Counted from the first letter of the stretch, positions 49,900 through 63,100 are shown. The stretch: DNA of 64,000 bases from Lama glama (GCA_028534125.1 CM052816.1:12464001-12528000), one strand, 5' to 3'. A program made the numbers and translations. The notes: generated by a model from the sequence alone, not told the origin.

Positions 49900-50828
49900 G
49901 TCTAAGCCCTGCCCGGTTTCCAGCGGGGAGCTGTCATCTCCTCAAGAACAGGAACTTCTAGTGTTAGCGCAGCACTTTACCTGTTCTTGGGCCATCAGCC
50001 CCTCCCGTTCAGTTTTCAGAGAACAACGATGGATGCAAAATGATTCGTTTGTGTTGCCAATACAGCCCTTCTCTTCTGTTACCCTGGGCGACTTTTCTCA
50101 AGGAAACTGGATTTCCCAGCCTTGCCTCTTCTTTGCTCACATACAACATGAAGGTAATTGCCTACCAACATCAAGTATTTTACATAATGCCACCAACCTA
50201 TCCAGAGCAAAAACAGGATATTGAAGGGAGTTTACTGACATATTGTCTGACATTGTCATGATCCATGAGTGGCAGAAAATAGACACCCAGTGAGTAGGCA
50301 GATTTCCATCTGGCAAGAAGATGGCTGTAATGAGCACCAATGTGAAATGACAGATAGTAATAGAAACTAGAAAGTCGATGGGAAAATTAGCCTTCCTCAC
50401 TGCACATCTGCACGACAGGGGGAGCTGCCAATCACAGTCTCCAGAGAGAGAGAGAGGCTTATCTGGGTTCCCGACCACGTGCAAAGCCATGTTCTCCTAA
50501 GTTAAGAAAAAAATCATGGGGAAAAAAAATAGAATCAGTCTGTTAGAGAGCTTTAAACAAATGTGGGGCTGTGAAACAAGCTGTCGCAAATTGGCACAGA
50601 GAATGCAGAAAATCAATGTGAAATGAAAGCTGCCTCTCCCAACAAAATAAAGCAGGCAGTTAACTCTTCCTGTGCCTGCTGCAGCCTGCAAGCCATTTAG
50701 ACCCAAGAACGCAGGCTGCTAGGGAATGGGTCGATGCTTTAAACACACAGCCTGCTCTCTCCTATAGCATGGGGGGAACGTGGGTGAGAAACAGGCGTGC
50801 AGGTGGCAAGGAAGAACCAGTTTGGCTT

Positions 50829-50960
50829 TTATATATACATACCCAAATGCATCTATATATTTTATATATAGATATACTTTATATATACACAGACATATAC
50901 ATACATAAATATGTGTGTATATGTATTTATGTTTGTGTATATGCATATGTACACACACAT
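50829..50960. repeat. Degenerate (TA)/(TATG)/(CA) low-complexity tract
   Basis: Alternating purine-pyrimidine runs. Confidence 0.85.
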
Positions 50961-51444
50961 TAAATAGGCACATGAGACTAATAACAGATATCTGAATCCC
51001 CCGAATTATACGTGTTGCCCAGGTTGAGTGGGAATGACAGGAATCGAAACGCTTCTTATAAGAACAGATTTAACAATACTTAACAGAGACAAACATTCAA
51101 ATTCACCATTTAAAAAAACAAATTAGAGAACATGATTCAAACCTCCCATATGTTCTGTTGTTCAACTCCATCTCTGTTTTGAGTGATATACAAACGATAA
51201 TGGGTAAAAGGAGGTAACTAAAACAATTATGAAAGTTTTGAAAATGTCCTCCTTAAAAGACTAGGACATTGATGCATTTCGCTAACTAATGTTGCAAGAA
51301 TATTGATCTGAATCAGAATATAAAAGAAATACAACAAAGATGAGCTATAATTCTACCAAAAGAATTCAAAAGGGTCACTCATTATAGTGTCAACATACTT
51401 GTAAAAATGGCAAGTTTATTTGAAAATTCATCAGTGTGCTTATG

Positions 51445-51868
51445 TGTAAGCATAGGACCGGTCAAGACACTTTCTGCTGCAGTAACAAACAACCCCCAAC
51501 TCTCAGTGGTCCCACACACAACAAAGAGGTACACTTCCCTCACACTATACCCAGTGTTACTCAGCAGAGGGGCTCTATGAATCAGTCACACAGGGGTCCA
51601 CACTGATGGAAGCTCCTCTCCTCGGATATGCGTTTCCAGGAACATCAAAGAGAAAGGGAAAACAGAAAATCACACGTTTGCTCTTAAATTTTCTGTCAAA
51701 GGAAGTGAAACAAGTTACTTTTCAGTTTCATTGACCAATGTAAGTTTTTAAAAGTTTACATCCTAACTTTAAAAGGAGTTGAGGAATGAACTCTCACTGT
51801 GTTCTCAGGAAAAAAAAAAAAAAAAGAGAGCCAGAAGTAGGTGGTAAATAGCACTGAGGACGACCACA
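51445..51868 (-). mobile_element. MaLR LTR (MLT1I/J-like)
   Basis: tgctgcagtaacaaacaacccccaactctcagtgg..ggtaaatagcactgaggacgaccaca. Confidence 0.8.
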
Positions 51869-51874
51869 ATCATC

Positions 51875-52522
51875 CCCCTCTCCTGCAACAAGGTCTCGTT
51901 CAGTCCACCTGTTCCCACATAGGTTCACCTCGAACCTGTCCACACAGCATCCAGAGAAAGTGGAGGTTTCTTTGAAAAAACATAAATCTAGTCGTCCTGC
52001 CAGTCTCATGCTTCAGTACCCTTTAGTGGCTTGCACTGAACTTACAGTGAGACTGAGCACCTTAACCACGGGTCGTAAGGCTCTGCGTGATCAAACCCCT
52101 ATCACATCCTTCCATCCACCATATGACCCCGTCGAAGCACTTTCACCACCAGCCTCGCTCACAGCCACGCTGGTTTTCTTTAAGTTTTCTAAATTTATGG
52201 TGCCTGCTCTATGCCATCCCCTCTGCATCCTTCTGCCGTTCTTGACTTGGCTTTCCTGAGACTCCTTCCTTCAACATCAAGCTTTCACTCTCCATCTTTT
52301 CTCTCTCACAGACCTTACAGTTTTTACTCCACAGCACCTCATATACTTTTAAGTATAAATTTATAATTATATAGCTATTTACATGTTTATTTAATATCTT
52401 CTTCCTTCTCTAAATTTCTGAAGACAAAAGATCATATGGCTTTATCTTCACCATCTGTACATGGCACTTAGTGTACTACCTGGCACACAGTAGGCACTCA
52501 ACTATCACATGAGTAAGTAAAT
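51875..52522 (+). mobile_element. L2 3' region
   Basis: ccacacagcatccagagaaag..aaacataaatcta..cctggcacacagtaggcactcaa. Confidence 0.8.
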
Positions 52523-54559
52523 TGGCACAATTCTACCACTAATGACTACTACAGATCGACCGATCAGTTGAAACGTGGGTAGCAGAAAGCCAATAATCTG
52601 AGACTTAGAGTGAAAATCCAAATGCTAGAATTCAACAGGCCTTTTAAGTCTTTGTCTACACTTCAGAGTCTGTAAAGAAGATCCACACCCAGCGGCTCCA
52701 CAGTAGGGGAGGTCAGCTGAAGGAGTCATTTCACAAGGAGAAAATCACAGCTGGGAGAGATGGGGAGACTCGCCCAGCATCACACTGCTGGTAAGGGGCA
52801 GAGCCAGGAGGTGAAGAAGACACTTGTGTCTCACATCTGCTTCACTTTCCACACGCCATCCTGTCTCTCGATTCAAGGAGGTCAGCCTTAGAAGTATTCA
52901 TGTGGGGACTGTGTTAATGAAAGGAAAATTATTAATATAACACCTGGGCCAGATTCTGAATAGATATGCAGAAGATGACCTTCAATCTCACTATGCATTT
53001 CAGAATCTCTGCCCAAAGGAACTGATTGAGCAAATGAAGAACTTCATCAAGGGTTCGGCTTTATAAATACATCTCTTCCTGATATCATAAAGGACCTTGA
53101 AAGCGCCACCTTTAGATCATGCCGAGGCATGTTTCTAAGAAGTCTTCACAAAATACGTGTGGTCTTTGGTAGAGGTCACATATTAAGCTATGACTATATT
53201 TATTCAAGAAGCAGAATTTGAGCACCTTCTGCATGCCTGAGGCTGTTCATGATACAATAAACCAGGTAAGCTGGGGATGGAATAAGGAGGCTCATGTTTT
53301 AATAAAAATAAGGATTATAGTAGAAGTATAGGGTAGGTCTAGGTGGGATCCAGTGGGAGAAGATGGAGGGAGAAATTGAGCAGTAATTGTTGGGGGTCGG
53401 GGTAGTAGGGAGCTCATGAAGGCACCAACTGCCTTGGAACAAAAGGAACAAACACCAAAGGAAAAAAGGAAAGGGAAAAGAGAATAAGAACACAGAAGAC
53501 AAATGTCACAATTACGTCCTGGAGGTGACTGATCCACTCAATCCTGGTTTGAGGACACTCTTAAAGCCTGTTTGACATCTTCTCATGAGTTTATTTACTG
53601 ACTTAATGACTGAATTTTTAGCCACTGTAAAATAGCTCCACTCCCAACTCCCATGCACAGACTCTTCCAACCCCAGGTGGAGCTAGACCCCCTTCTTCGC
53701 TCTCCTTCTCCCCATGATATTCCGACTCCAACCTTTCCCTTTTTCTTTTGAACGCATCACCATTCCCAGTTTCTGCCACATGGTGCCTCCAGTGCATGCT
53801 TCTCTTTGTTCTCAAAAAAAGGATTTAAAAATCAGTGTTAGGTAGGGCTGCACCAGAAACAAGGAAATCCACCTGGCTGGGCAGATAGCCATGATAACTT
53901 ATCACACACAGAGAAACGTACTAAACAGTTAGATTGGCTATAATTAAATTCACATCCATATAAAAGAGTTGCATAAAATATTAAATGTGTGTAACCATGT
54001 GCTTCAGAGATAAATGATGATTCATTAGTCATGACAAAAGAAATTTTTAAATGTGAGACTTCAGGAGACTCTGCAGAAGACAGTACGCATTCACAGATAG
54101 TCCACACGCTGGAGACCAATTTCAATTTGGTCATTGCTCCAGCAATAAACAAGACCTTTGGAAGAAAGAGAAAGTAACTCTTCCTTCTCCCAAGCAGAAA
54201 AAGGATCAAATCACTTCTGAGCTTAAAATTTGCATAACCAACAGAAAGGGCAGCTTGATACAATCAGGAGAATTTTTACAAGCATGCCTATACGTCACAC
54301 CCTGTCCATGTTTCTTACACTTTTCCTGGCTGTTTCTGACTTGATGATTTCTGCCTTTGGCAAGCGTGTATTTCTAATGACTTGTTCGCAGAGCAGAAAT
54401 GTCCATCTACCCTGGGATCCACTTACTCTGCTACAATGGGCAACTCCAGAGGTAACTTGGCTGTTGGGAAGGAGGGAAGGGGGCTACCCTCAGAGGCTAA
54501 CTTCCTGTAGCTCCCAAAGAGGTCCCCCATGATGACCTGTATGGAATACCCACATCCAT

Positions 54560-54805
54560 CCATTAGTCATCACTCTTGCTTCGCTTTCTTCATCTCTACA
54601 GCATTTACTCTCTGCAGATACTCAGATATACAGTTACACACGTTCACACACGTATGTATGCATATATTCTTACCTATTTTATCTACCAGAATGAAAATTT
54701 CATGAGAGCAAGGTCTTAGTGTAGGTCACTGATGTATTTCCTATGTCTTGAACAGGGCACCTCAAACACTGTAGGCATCTGATAATCATTTGTTGAATGA
54801 ATAAA
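54560..54805 (+). mobile_element. L2 3' end
   Basis: ccagaatgaaaatttcatgagagcaagg..tcactgatgtatttcc..atttgttgaatgaataaat. Confidence 0.8.
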
Positions 54806-55164
54806 TATTTTCCCCATGTTGCTGCCTCTCAGCATGGCTCGGAAGAGGAGATGGAATAATAGGCTAAATAAATAGCCTAGAGACAGATTCATTCTCCTCC
54901 AGATCATGAGGGCTGAGAATGTAAATGAAGACCTTCCTATGGTTGGCATGAGAGTTGAGACTGCATAAATTACAGTTCTAGGGTTAAAACGGAAGTTTTC
55001 TGCATTATCATATTCTATAACATCCAATTCTCAAGTAAGACTAAAGTTGAGGATAAAAAAATCTCAAGAAAGTGTATTAAATCCAAGATAATATTCAGAG
55101 TGAATTAATAAAGGAAAAGATGAAGATTGGTAATGAAAGGAAAGCAGTTATGAATGAAAAATAC

Positions 55165-55644
55165 TGTAAACCATACTGGTAAACAAAGACTTGAGAGCAT
55201 CAAGTCATCAGCGGCTGCCGCCACCCCCCAGTGAAGACAAACCTGCAGCCCGGCCCCTGCAGCCGCTCACAATGGTGCACCCTGAGGGGACTCAGAATAA
55301 GAAAGGACAGGATACTGGCCCTAGATGGCTAGGTGCTTGTCAAAGGAGTGAATTCAATGAGCCCAAATGTTTGCTTCCTCCCATACATAGAAAAGTGCTA
55401 AATTCTTTAACTTGAGATGCCTGGTTTTCTTCAGTTACCGAGTAACCTTTTCATGTTCTGCTGACCTGGTCCTTGTCGTAAAACTCCAATATATCCTGGC
55501 TCCTCCCCTACTTCTTTGCAGCAGTCCCTCAGAGCGATCTGGGAGGCTGTCATCCTGGGCTCGAAGGGATTCGAGCCCTCAGAAATGTCCACCAAATAAA
55601 ACATAACTCTCCACTTTTAGGTTGTGCTTTTATTTCAGTCGACA
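55165..55644 (+). mobile_element. Solo ERV1-class LTR (cetartiodactyl MER41-like)
   Basis: 480 bp, TGTAA..GTCGACA ends, TATA-like aatatat, AATAAA ~45 bp from the 3' end, U5 aacataactctccacttttaggttgtgc; retains CpGs; no clean TSD seen. Confidence 0.85.
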
Positions 55645-55959
55645 CAGTGATACATAAAAAGTTCATTTATTTTAAAAGCTTGCTCTGAAGTTGAAATTTG
55701 ACTTTTTTTGGTTTCCTGATTAATAATAAATAATGTGTTCTATGTAACATTTGGCCTGAAAAAAGTGAGAGCAACTAATGGAGAGTAGAAATGCTAGCTT
55801 TGCTGCTTACTAACACTGTGTCCTTAGGCAAGTTATTAAACCTCTCTGACTCCAGAACTGCTTATTGGTTAAATAAAGGGAGAGAGGTCACCAATGAATT
55901 CCTAATGCAGACGGCTGTTGGTAAACACCTGTCCCTTATAGGATGGACTGAAGAGTTAC

Positions 55960-55976
55960 GTCCACCTGGTGGCAAA
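55960..55976. promoter_or_regulatory. Candidate CTCF site (palindromic core)
   Basis: gtCCACCTGGTGGCaaa; reverse tgCCACCAGGTGGAc; each strand is 11/12 to CCASYAGRKGGC. Confidence 0.5.
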
Positions 55977-56264
55977 GCTCTTGCTGGGTCATGTTTCAAG
56001 TGTGAAGAAATCTACCTTAAAAGCTTCATCTACGCAGTCACTCATGTGACTGACTGAAATTCTCACACTCCTCAACTCTTTAATACTTCAGCTCTCGCCA
56101 GAGACCTCCATGCCTAGCCCAGGGCTCAGGCATAGCTCCAAAACCTGGGGACTGGATGACTTCCTTTCTGTTGAAGCAGAAGAGTACCCAATTACTTCTT
56201 TACATTTTGAATAAGTAAGAAGCATCATTACTCATTAAAACAGATTATTACCCTGGGACATTTG

Positions 56265-56480
56265 TCCTAGTGTAGAAGAAGGAGTTCAGACTTAGATTCA
56301 GAAAAACAGAGCTTGTACCTTGACTTCACTATTAAATAAGTGACCTCAAATCAATGATCTTCTCTCAAAGAACCTGTTTCTTCATCTGTAACGTGGACGT
56401 AACAAAATAGCACCCTCATGAGGTGGCTGAGAAGACTGCCAGGGATGTTACACATGAAAGTGCTCTGCAAAGGGCTCTAC
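56265..56480 (+). mobile_element. MIR SINE
   Basis: ctgtttcttcatctgtaacgtgg..cctcatgaggtggctgagaaga..acatgaaagtgctctgcaaa. Confidence 0.78.
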
Positions 56481-58039
56481 AGGTGGAAGCTAATTTAGTC
56501 GGCGTGAGCTTGGAGTTGCCCCTTGTGGTAACAGTCACACACCTTTATAGTTTACCAAGTGCGTGTGCATTAATTGACTCAAACAAGTGTAGTCCAAGTT
56601 CCCGTGATTACTTCCACTTCTTTGAGGAATGGTGGGAGGCTTCCCCCACCCTCCAAATAAAGCTTCAAAAGCGAATTGGTATGTGTCTCCTTTCACTCCT
56701 TTTTTCCTTCATCCCCTATGTATTCACAGAAGGTTTGTGTAAGCACTGCATTAAACTAATAAATCTAGAAGATATAAAAGATAGAGATATGTTCCTTTTG
56801 TAAACACACATATTCATTGACTTTGTAAATGGGTACTGAGTGTTTCCAATGGACTGCAGAGCAAATAGAGAGTCAAGGTAAGAAGTCACGTAAACGAAAG
56901 AGAACCAGTGTGACCACGGTACCATAGCACTACCACAGAGGGGTCAATAACTACCTGAGAATAGGAGGAAATTCATCAATCTCAAATCACCAAGCACTAG
57001 GCTTTTTACAATGCCTAAGAATATACAGAAATATACTCTCAAGAAATTCCTCCTGCCACTAACTTCATGAAGGTATGTGGGGTTTGCTGGAGTTGGTGAC
57101 GTGCAGCTGGGATGCTTCAGCTGGAAGTGCCATTCAGAATATGTGTGGTACATCCTAGACATACTCAATTCAGAGGGCCTCTTACAATCAGCTGAGAGGA
57201 GAAGTCAACAGTTATTCAGCTCTGTAGAAGAGAAGAGATTAAAAGTACTTGCTTTGCTCTTAACAGTCTTCCTGTCAATCCACTAGACATATCCACTCCA
57301 TCATTTTCTGTCTGTACACATTTCTGGACTACTATCTCTCCGTGGCAGCTGGATGCTGTGAAAACCTTATAAGAACAATCTTTAAAATCCTAAACAATGA
57401 TTACTAGATAGCTCAGCCTCACTCTCCACCAGTAATATTTTTAAGGAAGAACAGATGGCATGTCCAATTTATTAAAGGCACCCTGGATGTCTTTTTAAAT
57501 CAGATGTCACTATCAGGCCCACATAGGAAGTGGTGGACACCCCACTTTTGGGGAACCACTTCCCCTTTGGGGGAACCTGTCCCCACCTCCCAACACAGAC
57601 ATATCCTTACATGATTTGAGTGGGAGCAACATTTCTTTCCAATATGATCACTACTCATGAAACAGTTGAATGGTCCAGAGATTTATATGCTTACAAATTT
57701 GGGGTTGGAATCAAAGGCTGATTCACTCTCTTCTGGGTGGCTGGACAATCGCTACCTGAACTTGGGAGCTTATGGTGGCCGTGTTTTCTACTGTGAGAAT
57801 GGGAAGCAGAGGAAAGCATTTTATAGCGATGGAGTGGCACGAAGCAGAGGTCTAGAGGGAAAAAAAAAAAGGGATTTAATGTGGAAGAAAGGGGATTTTA
57901 TGTATCCGATTCCACCCATTGTCAGTGAAGGTGGAATAACATTCCAAATAAGAACAGGGAGCTGCACCCAGAAGAAGTAGAAGTGGATGTGAAGGGAACA
58001 AAAGACAAATGCCTATGGCTTGACTCCAAGTACATTATT

Positions 58040-58292
58040 ATTTAAAAAAAATTTTTTTAAACATTTTTTGAGTTATACTCATTTTACAATCTTGTGTCAA
58101 ATTCCAGTGTAAAGCACAATTTTTCAGTTATACATGAACGTATATTCATTGTCACATTTTTTTTTGCTGTGAGCTACCACAAGATCCTGTATATATTTCC
58201 CTGTGCTATACAGTACAATCTTGTTTATCTGTTCTACATATGCCTGTCAGTATCTACAAATTTTGAACTCTCAGTCTATCCCTTCCCACCCC
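58040..58292 (-). mobile_element. Young L1 3' end with 16-bp TSD
   Basis: atttccctgtgctatacagtacaatcttgtttatct..tcccttcccacc; TSD ctccaagtacattatt (58024-58039) / ctccaagtatactatt (58293-58308). Confidence 0.92.
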
Positions 58293-58331
58293 CTCCAAGT
58301 ATACTATTGAAGACTATTTAAAACTAAATAT

Positions 58332-58452
58332 GGGGGGGGCGGTATAGCTCAAGTGGGAGAGCACATGCTTAGCATGAGCAATGTTCTAGGTTCAATCCCC
58401 AGTACCTCCTCCAAAAATAAGTCAATAAACCCAATTACTTCCCCCTAAAAAA
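58332..58452 (+). mobile_element. tRNA-derived SINE (camelid Vic-1 type)
   Basis: A box tagctcaagtgg (58345-58356), B box ggttcaatccc (58389-58399), A-rich tail, TSD aaactaaatatggg/aagctaagtatggg. Confidence 0.92.
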
Positions 58453-59992
58453 AAGCTAAGTATGGGAAAACAAGTAACAAATACATGCCATCTACCTGAT
58501 CACCTATTTCAATGACTTATTGATATTATGTATATTGTCTTCATCGAAGTCATCCATACCTGTGAGTAAATGAAAATATTTTTCTGGACTTGTGAGCCTT
58601 ATAATTTAGTGAAAGGTTATGGCCTCAATCAACATTTCCCTTCAGTGACAACTATAATCAAGGCAAATGGTAGTATGCTCATATAATATATTATTATTTA
58701 CGGAGAACTATGAAGGGAATTATGATTCATGAGTTTGCTGATTGTTTGTTCCCAGCTGGAGACAATATTCCCTTTAGCCAAAACACAAACTATAATGCCC
58801 CACTAATGTCAGACGTCCAGCAACGAATCCAAAAGGGAATGAACGTCTCAACAGCCAACGTAGACAACACAGAATGTCTACACTTTGTCCCATGAAAGAG
58901 TCCATCCTACAATTACATTGACTCTCACTTAAATGTCACTTAATTTTACACATTTTAATTATCTATTTATCCATCTTAAAACTTTAAAGAGTCGTCCAGT
59001 GCTCATGATTACAAAGAAAAAGCTGGAAGCCACCATTACCATAAAAATCCATTCGTTTAGTAGCATCCAGTCTCTTAAATAAATAGCACTGCAAACATTG
59101 GTAATGCCTGCAGAATTCCTGGCTATTTATAAAAGCCCACCCAGAGTCATCAGGATATATTTTGTTCAATATATTTTGTCTTAGTATGATAGCAAATTGG
59201 AAAATATACGTTGGAAGATGTAAATTGCAAGTGAAGTTTTATTTTAAAGTTACTTGGAAAATATATTTAAGTTGAAAACTTCATTGCGAGGTGTATGTTC
59301 AGCAGTAACGCAGCCAGTGCTGCTGTTTGCAAAACACGTGTGATGGAGACAACAGAGGGAGATTTGAAGCATGAACGGGCCAATCCCCTTTCCCACCCTC
59401 TTCCTCATTCTCCAGTTCTGAAGCCTTACTTTTGCCTCCTTACCAACTTTTCCCACCTTCAAGGATGCTGAAAAGGGCCTAAAATGAGTGCGTCCATTAC
59501 AAGGAAATGATGGACACCCGCTGTGCAAAGGTTTGAATGCATTCAGACACGAGCCATCCTAGGCTACCTGATCAGCGTGGGGGAGCGAGAGAGAAGGCTG
59601 AGACTCACACAGGCTCTCCATCTCCAGTTCGCTGGCTTCTACTCACCTTGAAAACTCAAACCTTAGAGGGGAGAGTGTTATTCACTTCACTGCAGAAGAA
59701 CTAATCCTTCACTAGGAAAATTCAGCTTTTCATAACCGTCAAATCATAGCTGCCACATTTATTTGCTGTTTTAGTTTTTTTCTATCACAGAGATGTCTAC
59801 AACTCACCACCTTTAAGGAGTAGATTTTTACATAGTCATCACAATATTGTGTTTAACCCAGTGTTTCACACCCTTCAGAACTGCTGCCACGCTTCAAGCT
59901 CGGGTGGTCTTGAAGGCAGGTGATGCAACTGGAACCAAATACAAGACGAGCAAGATGACCCTTGGATGGTCACATTAACGTATTTGAGCATT

Positions 59993-60137
59993 TATTATTA
60001 TTTTTTATTTATTTATTTTTCTGTGGGGAGGAGGAAATTAGGCTTATTTATTTATTTATAATGGAGATACTGGGGATTGAACCCAGGACCTCGTGCTTGC
60101 TAAGCAGGCACTCTGTCACTGAGCTGTACCCTCCCCC
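59993..60137 (-). mobile_element. tRNA-derived SINE (camelid Vic-1 type)
   Basis: Reverse reads gggggagggtacagctcagtgacagagtgcctgcttagcaagcacgaggtcctgggttcaatccccagt; (TAAA)n tail; TSD tttgagcatt/tttgaacaat. Confidence 0.92.
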
Positions 60138-63100
60138 TTTGAACAATTCTAATGCATGGCTCTCCTTCAGTTCTATAATGAAGACCTACCAGCCACCATG
60201 TGCTTTGCAAGCACTGATCCTGGAGCCTCATGGGCTATTGCAAAACAACAACAAAAACAAAGTCTCCTGAGAAAATATTGCTGTTTTAGGAAAGCAGTGT
60301 TTTCAGCTGCTGTAATCATTCTAATTACTTCGAAATGTTTCTTTTTTTTTTTCCCTTCACCCTCTAGGGCCCTTTTGCCTTCTAATCAGCTACAGAAACA
60401 AAGCAATTTAGCACAGTAAAAAGCTTATTAACACACGATGCAGCTCAACGGCATGAGAAAAAGCTGGGGAGAAAACAAGTAACCCGTCCCAGGGAAAAAA
60501 GGTAGATCTGAGTACTTCAAACAGAAGAAGCTGAGCTGGGGAGTGGATAACTCAACAAAATGTGAGAAGAAAGGTCAAGATGGCAGCTCCGACTGCGGAG
60601 AAATCTCCGCCACGTGAGATGAAAGACGGCAGTTTAATTCCTCGACTTGCCCAGCAAATGCAGTTTACAGCGAAGGTGGGCAATTTTCTAAATCCTCATT
60701 TATCATTTAAGAGATCCCCAGGTTCTCATCAACTGTGATTTCTTCTGCTTTTGTCAAACTTATCTGTGAGACACCAGGGAAGGTGAAATGGCCCCACTGA
60801 TCTGTGGAAAGTGAATCCGCAGGTTTCTGCTTCTCTGCAGGGGTAAGATACGGCAGGGTGAAGGCAGCGGAAAAGTGCCAAACCCATTTTATCAGAGCAG
60901 AGTGGGAAAAACAACCTGATGCTGCCAACCGGAGAATTCTGAGTGCCGGGAACACAAAGGTAGTAATGTACAGAACAGTGTGTAAGATACACACAGGTTG
61001 GATGAGGTGATGTGAGAAGTCAGCGGTGACTTTATCATCACAGTCCTGTTTTCTTGAACCAAGGAGACTGAACCTTGGACATCATGATCATGAAGGGTCT
61101 TGCAGTGGATACAGAGATGCTTTGTCCCCCCATGAATAAGCATTCGTTCATTTGCTGCTTGGCTACGGTGTGTCTACGCCTGTTGGGCATGGTGTTAGCT
61201 GCTGCATATGTGGATATGAGTAAGATAAACTGCCATTTTTCTTGGAGCAACTAAATATAGCTAAGCCCAAGAAGAGGAGCCCAAGTGCGATGTCAGAGGA
61301 GAGGAGCATGGCATCCAGGGAGCCTTCCTGGAGTTGCTGATGCCTGCACTGGGTTCTGAAGGTGGATTCCACGTTATGGTGAATGGTATTCTAGACAGCC
61401 CAAAACACATTCACAAAAGCAAGTATGCATGTATCTGGCATACCGCTGAGGCATAGAATTTGCATGTAAAGAAAATGAGAAAAAGTAAATATACAGACAA
61501 CTTTTATAACATAGCACATTTAAACACTGGAAACTCTTGGGTGGTTGGTTTACTCTTTTATCAACATATTGTTTGATTTGAGTACAATTTCCTTGGCATA
61601 TTTCTGATCGCAGTGACGCAATGATGCAGTGATGAGGATTTGAAGCTACAACCACCGATTTACTTTAACTAAAATTCTCCGTATCAGACACTAACCACAG
61701 GGGAAAAAGCATGGATAATCTTATTTAGTGCATTTTATAGGAGCTATCTGTGTGGAACTTTAAAAGGGAGAGAGAATGGCCCCATATTGGTATTTTCTGT
61801 CATGCCTGCACCAAGAAATCTGTCTGAAAAATAGTCAACAGTATTATCTTTGGAAATAAAGTAACTATATTTAGGATTGCAGCACGCCCTGAATCTCTAA
61901 TGAGCTCCTTGTCTCTAATCTATCATGATGATGTCCTTGAAGATATTCTCCAAAAGTATCCTCCAAAGCCTCCCTCAGTAATGCGCTCCGTTCTCTCACG
62001 GCCCTCACCGTCACAAAGCTTACTTAGAGAACACCTACACTCCTCTCATGACAAGTCTAAGCCCATCTCAAGTAAGTCCCTCTTTTTCCAGGACACGAAA
62101 GATCTTTTTGTTTACTAATCCCCCAATCCTCATCTGAAGTCCAGCCCGATGTGTAAACACAGCCTAAATAACAAAAGAGCCTCCTTCACGTGACCGTGTT
62201 GTCATCATTGAAAATGCCCCAGGAACATGGCCACAGAGTAGTCATAAAAATGGGAAAAACTAATAATCAGGAGAAGAAAAAAAAAATGGATAGGTAGTGG
62301 TGAAAGTCATGCAGCTGCCTTGAACATTTTACGATAAACTGAATCTACTTTTGAGCACAAAACATACTAAGGGCGGAAAGTTCTTCTGGCAATACCCAAA
62401 GTGTGTATCCCTCGTCCATGGGTGGTAAATGAATATTCACTGTGAAGCTAGGCACCTAAGAGAAAGCCTGCATTAATACAGCAGAATCCCATTTCATGGA
62501 CGCTTGCATCCTTTCCTACGATGAGTGTTAGTTTAGGATCAATGCATTGTGAAAAGTCACCTAAGACAACGCAATCATGTGTCTATATGCAGTGAAGCAG
62601 ACAGAACGGGCCAAATAATACGCTGGTCCAGCTCAATCTATGCTTTGGACGTTAGCTATTTACTTGAATAATTTAAAAACACAAGTCTATTCTGCTGCCG
62701 CGACCAGAGCTAAGCCTCATGAAGTTAAGCTGCCATTGATGTGAGATGATTCTCATGCACTTAAAATATCTTATTTAACTTATACATGAAAGTAACCAAG
62801 GCATAGAAATGACAACGCCAATAAAGTTGGATTCCAAAGCTGTTAAAAAAATAAAGAAAAAACACTGCAGATTGGCTACAGCATATCTACACACATGTGA
62901 CACGGAATAATTACTCCTCTTAACTTTACTACCGTAATGAAAACCACTCTAGGATGAGCAGATAGAAGTTTTCAGTAGAATAAGTAAGAGCTTGTAATGG
63001 CTCAGATGTGGTATCAGAAATAAAAAAGAATGAGATTGATTTAAATCCTATAAATCACTTATCAATGAATAATCTGACAAAACCAAGAACTCGATGTGGT

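Noticed and set aside
50338..50626. 13-bp direct repeat caatgtgaaatga 276 bp apart as a possible TSD
   Set aside because: The intervening sequence has no element termini or tail; compatible with chance
58332..58410. tRNA gene (also 60065-60137)
   Set aside because: A and B boxes are present but stems are disrupted; A-rich tails and TSDs identify these as SINEs
61900..62118. Protein-like ORF (YHDDVLEDILQKYPPKPP..) with an internal GTAAGT
   Set aside because: No recognisable homologue and no convincing acceptor or promoter
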